Below are positions 60,701 through 64,000 of a stretch of DNA of 64,000 bases, one piece after another. Position 1 is the first letter of the stretch; each line of letters begins with the position of its first letter. The DNA comes from Candidatus Brocadiia bacterium. Lineage in GTDB: Bacteria > Planctomycetota > Brocadiia > SM23-32. The position numbers and the translations under genes were made by a program. The notes under the pieces were generated by a model that saw only the letters and a list, made by a program, of their open reading frames with translations, had not been told where the DNA came from and did no database searches. The DNA lies in the NCBI GenBank assembly GCA_046483385.1, contig JAWODG010000152.1, forward strand, positions 9,744-73,743. Direction: 5' to 3'.

Positions 60701-61498
60701 ATGATGATCAAGGCCGAAGAGCTGTGCAAGGCGTTCGACGGGATGGAGGTGCTCCGGGGGGCTTCCCTCGAGGTGCAGGAGGGTGAGGCCGTGGCCCTCA
60801 TCGGCGCCAGCGGCGGCGGCAAGACGGTGCTCCTGAAGCATCTGGTCGGTCTGCTGCGGCCGGACCACGGCCGCGTGTTCGTGGATGGACACGACCTGTG
60901 TCGCATAGGCGGCCGGAAGCTGCAGGAGCTTCGCACGCGGTTCGGCTTTCTCTTCCAGGGCGGCGCCCTGTTCGAGTCGATGACCATCTTCGACAACGTC
61001 GCCTTCCCGCTGAGGGAGAAGACCGACCTGACCGAGAACGAAGTCCACGAGCGGGCGATGAGGGAACTGGACCACGTGGGCCTCTCCGGCTCCGAGGGGA
61101 AGTATCCGGCCCAGGTCAGCGGCGGCATGATCAAGCGCGCCGCGCTGGCCCGCGCGCTGGCCCAATCGCCCGAGATTATGCTGTTCGACGAGCCGACGAC
61201 AGGGTTGGACCCTATCATCGTCCACGCCATCCACGAGTTGATCGAGTCGAGCTACCGGCGGCTCGGGCTGACCGCCATCATCGTCTCTCACGAGATACCC
61301 AACATCTTCGCCATCGTGGACCGCGTAGCAATGCTTCACGAAGGCAAAGTCTGCTTCGAGGGCACGCCCGAAGAGGTGATGTCCTGCGAAGACCCGGTCG
61401 TGCGGGACTTCATCCGGGGCAGCCTGCCGCCGGAGCACCTCCGGGTGCCGGAACTGACCGCGCTCGGCCACGAAGAGAAGAAGGGGGAAGAGAAGTGA
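60701..61498 (+). CDS. mlaF: ABC transporter ATP-binding protein MlaF
   Basis: Walker A GASGGGKTVLLK, Q-loop FLFQGGALF, signature VSGGMIKRAALARAL and Walker B IMLFDEPTTGLDP are present. Confidence 0.9.
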   Translation: MMIKAEELCKAFDGMEVLRGASLEVQEGEAVALIGASGGGKTVLLKHLVGLLRPDHGRVFVDGHDLCRIGGRKLQELRTRFGFLFQGGALFESMTIFDNVAFPLREKTDLTENEVHERAMRELDHVGLSGSEGKYPAQVSGGMIKRAALARALAQSPEIMLFDEPTTGLDPIIVHAIHELIESSYRRLGLTAIIVSHEIPNIFAIVDRVAMLHEGKVCFEGTPEEVMSCEDPVVRDFIRGSLPPEHLRVPELTALGHEEKKGEEK

Positions 61499-61935
61499 AG
61501 AAGTTCTATATAGAGCTAACCGTCGGCGTCTTCATGATCCTCGGCATACTCTGTCTCGGCTACCTGTCGGTGCGGCTGGGGCAGGTGCAGGTTATGGGCG
61601 GGGACGACTATCCCGTCTATGCCGTCTTCAGCGAAGTGGGCGGCCTGCGGGAGGGCGCTCCGGTGGTCATCGCCGGTGTCACCGTGGGCCACGTGGACGG
61701 CATAGAACTGGCCGACTACGCCGCGAAGGTGGAACTGCGCGTGCGCCGGGACATCGAACTCCAGGAGGACTCCATAGCGTCCGTCAAAACGCGGGGGCTG
61801 ATCGGGGAGAAATACGTCGCCATCTCGCCCGGCGGCTCCCGTGAGACCATCGAGGCCGGCGGGCGTATCCGTGAGACCCAGCCGGCGGTGGACCTGGAAA
61901 CACTCATCTCGAAGTATGCCTTTGGTGAAGTCTGA
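61495..61935 (+). CDS. mlaD: MCE-domain protein MlaD
   Basis: A GTGA overlap joins it to mlaF. It has an N-terminal TM helix (LTVGVFMILGILCLGYL) and the MCE core (VYAVFSEVGGLREGAPVVIAGVTVGHV..GLIGEKYVAI). Confidence 0.8.
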   Translation: MKKFYIELTVGVFMILGILCLGYLSVRLGQVQVMGGDDYPVYAVFSEVGGLREGAPVVIAGVTVGHVDGIELADYAAKVELRVRRDIELQEDSIASVKTRGLIGEKYVAISPGGSRETIEAGGRIRETQPAVDLETLISKYAFGEV

Positions 61936-61955
61936 GCTTGCGGGAGATCAACGCC

Positions 61956-62621
61956 ATGCGTATACGCCATTCGCTGAGAATCGTGCTGGCCCTGTCCGCA
62001 CTCGCGGCCGGTCTTGCGGCCGCCGCGCCGGCGGAGCAAGCCGGGGGTGCACAGTCCCCTGAAGAACCCATGAAAGTCGTCAAGCACGCCGTTGACCAGG
62101 TGCTGGACATCCTGCGCGACCCTGAGCTGGCCGGGGAGGAGAACACCGAGAAGCGCCGCAAGGCGGTGCGGGAAGTGGTGGACAAGCGCTTCCACTGGCG
62201 CGAGATGGCCAGGCGCGCCCTCGCCCGCCACTGGCGGGACCGCACCGAAGAGGAACAAGAGGAGTTCACCCGACTGTTCGCGGACCTCATCGAACGCACT
62301 TACATCCAGAGGGTGGAGAAACACGCGGACGCGGAGATCCGCTATCAGGAGCAGGAAGTGCAGGAGGAGTACGCCACGGTCAAGACCGTCGCCGTCGCCG
62401 ACGAGGACACCGAAGTGCCGCTGGACTACCGACTGCACCTGGTGACGGTGAAGGACGAGGAGACCGAGAAGGAGCGCCGCATCTGGAAGGTCTATGACGT
62501 CAGAATCGAGGGCGTCAGCCTGGTGAACAACTACCGCAGCCAGTTCAACGACATCATCATCGGCTCCTCCTACGAGAAGCTGGTGAAAAGGATCAAGGCC
62601 AAGCTGGAAAAGGACGATTGA
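61956..62621 (+). CDS. mlaC: Phospholipid-binding periplasmic protein MlaC (Ttg2D/toluene-tolerance family)
   Basis: ORF 61938..62621 trimmed to the ATG at 61956 (GGGAG lies 9 nt upstream). It has a signal peptide, F.W.EMARRALARHWRD..EEQEEF..LF, and C-terminal WKVYDVRIEGVSLVNNYRSQF. Confidence 0.8.
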   Translation: MRIRHSLRIVLALSALAAGLAAAAPAEQAGGAQSPEEPMKVVKHAVDQVLDILRDPELAGEENTEKRRKAVREVVDKRFHWREMARRALARHWRDRTEEEQEEFTRLFADLIERTYIQRVEKHADAEIRYQEQEVQEEYATVKTVAVADEDTEVPLDYRLHLVTVKDEETEKERRIWKVYDVRIEGVSLVNNYRSQFNDIIIGSSYEKLVKRIKAKLEKDD

Positions 62622-62663
62622 CGGGCCGGGTGCCGCACGGCTGGATGGACCGTGTGCGCGTCC

Positions 62664-64000
62664 TTAGAACCCCGGGACGGCGCCGCGTGTGATCGTGCGA
62701 ACAAGGGTTGAGACGCCGCCCACGGATGCCTCGACGATGATCAACGCTATAAAGAAATAGCGCGCCTGCCGCAGCTTGCGCCCGCCGAACAGCTTCATGA
62801 TGCCGATCTTGCAGCCCCACCCTACCAGGAACGGCAACCACAGGCGGTCGGCGTGCCAGCTCGCGCAGGACAGCAATCCGATCGCGTGGATGGGCCACCA
62901 GTAGAACCGCATGCGCATCAGCATCACGAACGTCATTCCGACCAACCCGATGACGAACGGCACCGGGTGGGCCTGCGCGGAGGCCAAAGGCTGCGTGATG
63001 ATGCGGTGCGCGGCCTGCATGCGCCACTCGACCTCCTGGGTCTGCCCCCACCAGTCGGAGTAGTTGGCCCCGCCCATCCGGTACGCGGTGTTCAGCGACG
63101 TCCACGTCCCGCAAGCCATCGCCAGCAGGAAGGCCACCATCACCGCCGGCAGAAGCAGGCGACGGCGCTTGGGGTCGAAGACCTCCGATATGCGGAAGGC
63201 GTTGATGGCCATGGGGGACAGGTAGGCGGTGCCCCCGGTAACGAGGAGCGGGTCCTGCAGGTTCGAGATGACCGCTCCGGCGGGACCCATCAGCCGTCCG
63301 CCGGTAATCGAGTGCACGAACTCGCCAAGCCGCCACGTGGTGCGCGCCACATAGAGGCCCGCCTGTGCCACCACCCGCGCGTACACCAGGTACCAGCACA
63401 TGATCATGGCGAAGACCAGCAGCGCCGTCAGCCAGCGCATGCCATGGATGGCATACCACGCAAGGCAGCCGAACGTGGAGAGCGCGAAACCCCAGAAAGC
63501 CGGGCGGAAGCGCACCGGCTCGCGGTCATCGTCCACCTCGCTCAGCCCGAACGCGGCCCGGGCTACACGCCACAGGTGGCGACGGGCCATGTAGAGCATG
63601 ATAAGCACGAAAGCTATGTAGGCTCCGGCCTGCTGCCACTGCATCACCTGGCGCCACTGCCCGCCCAGACCCATCCAGTAAACCGTCTGCAGCTCCGCGC
63701 GTGCGAAGAAGTAGAAAAACCAGATGCTCAAGCTGACGTCGGCCGGCACCAGGAAGGCGAACCCCACCGCCGACGGCCAGAGCGAGATGTTCTGGAAATG
63801 CATCGGCTCCAGCGGCGTCCCCGCCAGAACGTCAGCCATGGGCAGGCTGATGGCGAACGTGCTTCCGGCCCCGAACAGCAGCGGCAGCGCCCTGAGTAAA
63901 CGGAAAGACAGCGCGAACACCAGCCCTGCCACGAAGCCCCGCTGGGTGAAAGCGGCCGGCAGCAGCGACCTGCCCGCGCTCCCCTGGGTGAACTCCAGAG
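62664..64000 (-). CDS. Paralog of the large polytopic membrane protein (uncharacterised family), 5'-truncated by the window edge
   Basis: The reading frame stays open to position 64000. The N-terminal extension LEFTQGSAGRSLLPAAFTQRGF aligns with LDFTEGAGRDGFLPALFSNNAF of the 56779 protein. The shared motifs are LVPADVSLSIWFFY, YMARRHL, ARVVAQAGLY and RFYWWPIHAIGLL. Confidence 0.72.
   Translation of the reverse strand, partial: LEFTQGSAGRSLLPAAFTQRGFVAGLVFALSFRLLRALPLLFGAGSTFAISLPMADVLAGTPLEPMHFQNISLWPSAVGFAFLVPADVSLSIWFFYFFARAELQTVYWMGLGGQWRQVMQWQQAGAYIAFVLIMLYMARRHLWRVARAAFGLSEVDDDREPVRFRPAFWGFALSTFGCLAWYAIHGMRWLTALLVFAMIMCWYLVYARVVAQAGLYVARTTWRLGEFVHSITGGRLMGPAGAVISNLQDPLLVTGGTAYLSPMAINAFRISEVFDPKRRRLLLPAVMVAFLLAMACGTWTSLNTAYRMGGANYSDWWGQTQEVEWRMQAAHRIITQPLASAQAHPVPFVIGLVGMTFVMLMRMRFYWWPIHAIGLLSCASWHADRLWLPFLVGWGCKIGIMKLFGGRKLRQARYFFIALIIVEASVGGVSTLVRTITRGAVPGF

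Noticed and set aside
56779-64000. Inverted paralogous membrane-protein genes flanking the Gfo/Idh/MocA and mla genes, considered as a composite-transposon-like structure
   Set aside because: The paralogs are diverged at the protein level. There are no terminal inverted repeats at the DNA level, no transposase or integrase, and the enclosed genes are core envelope functions.
1-64000. Search for tRNA, rRNA, tmRNA, integrase/transposase, toxin-antitoxin, restriction-modification or other defence genes
   Set aside because: I found no T-loop/acceptor-like GGTTCGAATCC-type motif outside coding sequence, no rRNA-like conserved blocks, and no nuclease, methyltransferase, recombinase or Cas signatures in any credible ORF. 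Absence by eye is not proof; tRNAscan-SE, Infernal and DefenseFinder should be run.

Overview
This is a 64-kb, high-GC (about two thirds G+C by eye) chromosomal segment from a diderm bacterium. I call 52 protein-coding genes, one of which runs off the right edge. They are packed into short operons with many 1-8 nt stop/start overlaps (ATGA, TGATG, GTGA). I recognised no rRNA, tRNA, CRISPR array, transposase, integrase or phage gene. Housekeeping and envelope genes include topA, a PcrA/UvrD helicase, hpt, mreC, mlaEFDC, a Skp-like chaperone and znuACB. Regulatory and envelope genes include a tail-anchored Ser/Thr kinase, an ECF sigma/anti-sigma pair, LemA-DUF2207, DUF389, a BatA-like VWA protein, an M48-TPR protease and a GT39-TPR gene coupled to a DPPR-synthase-like gene. 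There is a strong glycan-utilisation flavour. It comprises one secreted multi-domain glycosidase; signal-peptide-less GH20, GH36-like and GH15-like enzymes; and three signal-peptide-less Cys-type sulfatases. It also includes three Gfo/Idh/MocA oxidoreductases, two SDR-type proteins and a 7-bladed FG-GAP protein. This mix resembles PVC-superphylum genomes (Planctomycetota/Verrucomicrobiota/Kiritimatiellota-like), which is inference only. Five items most deserve a second look. (1) An orphan cassette at 46.2-49.8 kb: a PaaK/F390-synthetase-like adenylating enzyme translationally coupled to a PGM1-like ATP-grasp ligase, with a convergent GNAT. (2) Two paralogous ~650-aa polytopic membrane proteins of an uncharacterised family, one embedded in a cytoplasmic sulfatase/oxidoreductase cluster, which are candidate importers for sulfated glycans. 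(3) A modular family of GC-rich REP-like hairpin elements placed directly after the stop codons of four minus-strand genes, including a ~160-nt tandem array. (4) An exact consensus TTGACA-N17-TATAAT promoter driving an orphan small protein. (5) A DPPR-synthase-like gene overlapping a GT-C/TPR glycosyltransferase gene. Many very long ORFs in the six-frame track are antisense shadows of real genes, typical of high GC3, and were rejected. All functional calls rest on motif recognition by eye and need profile or structure searches to confirm.
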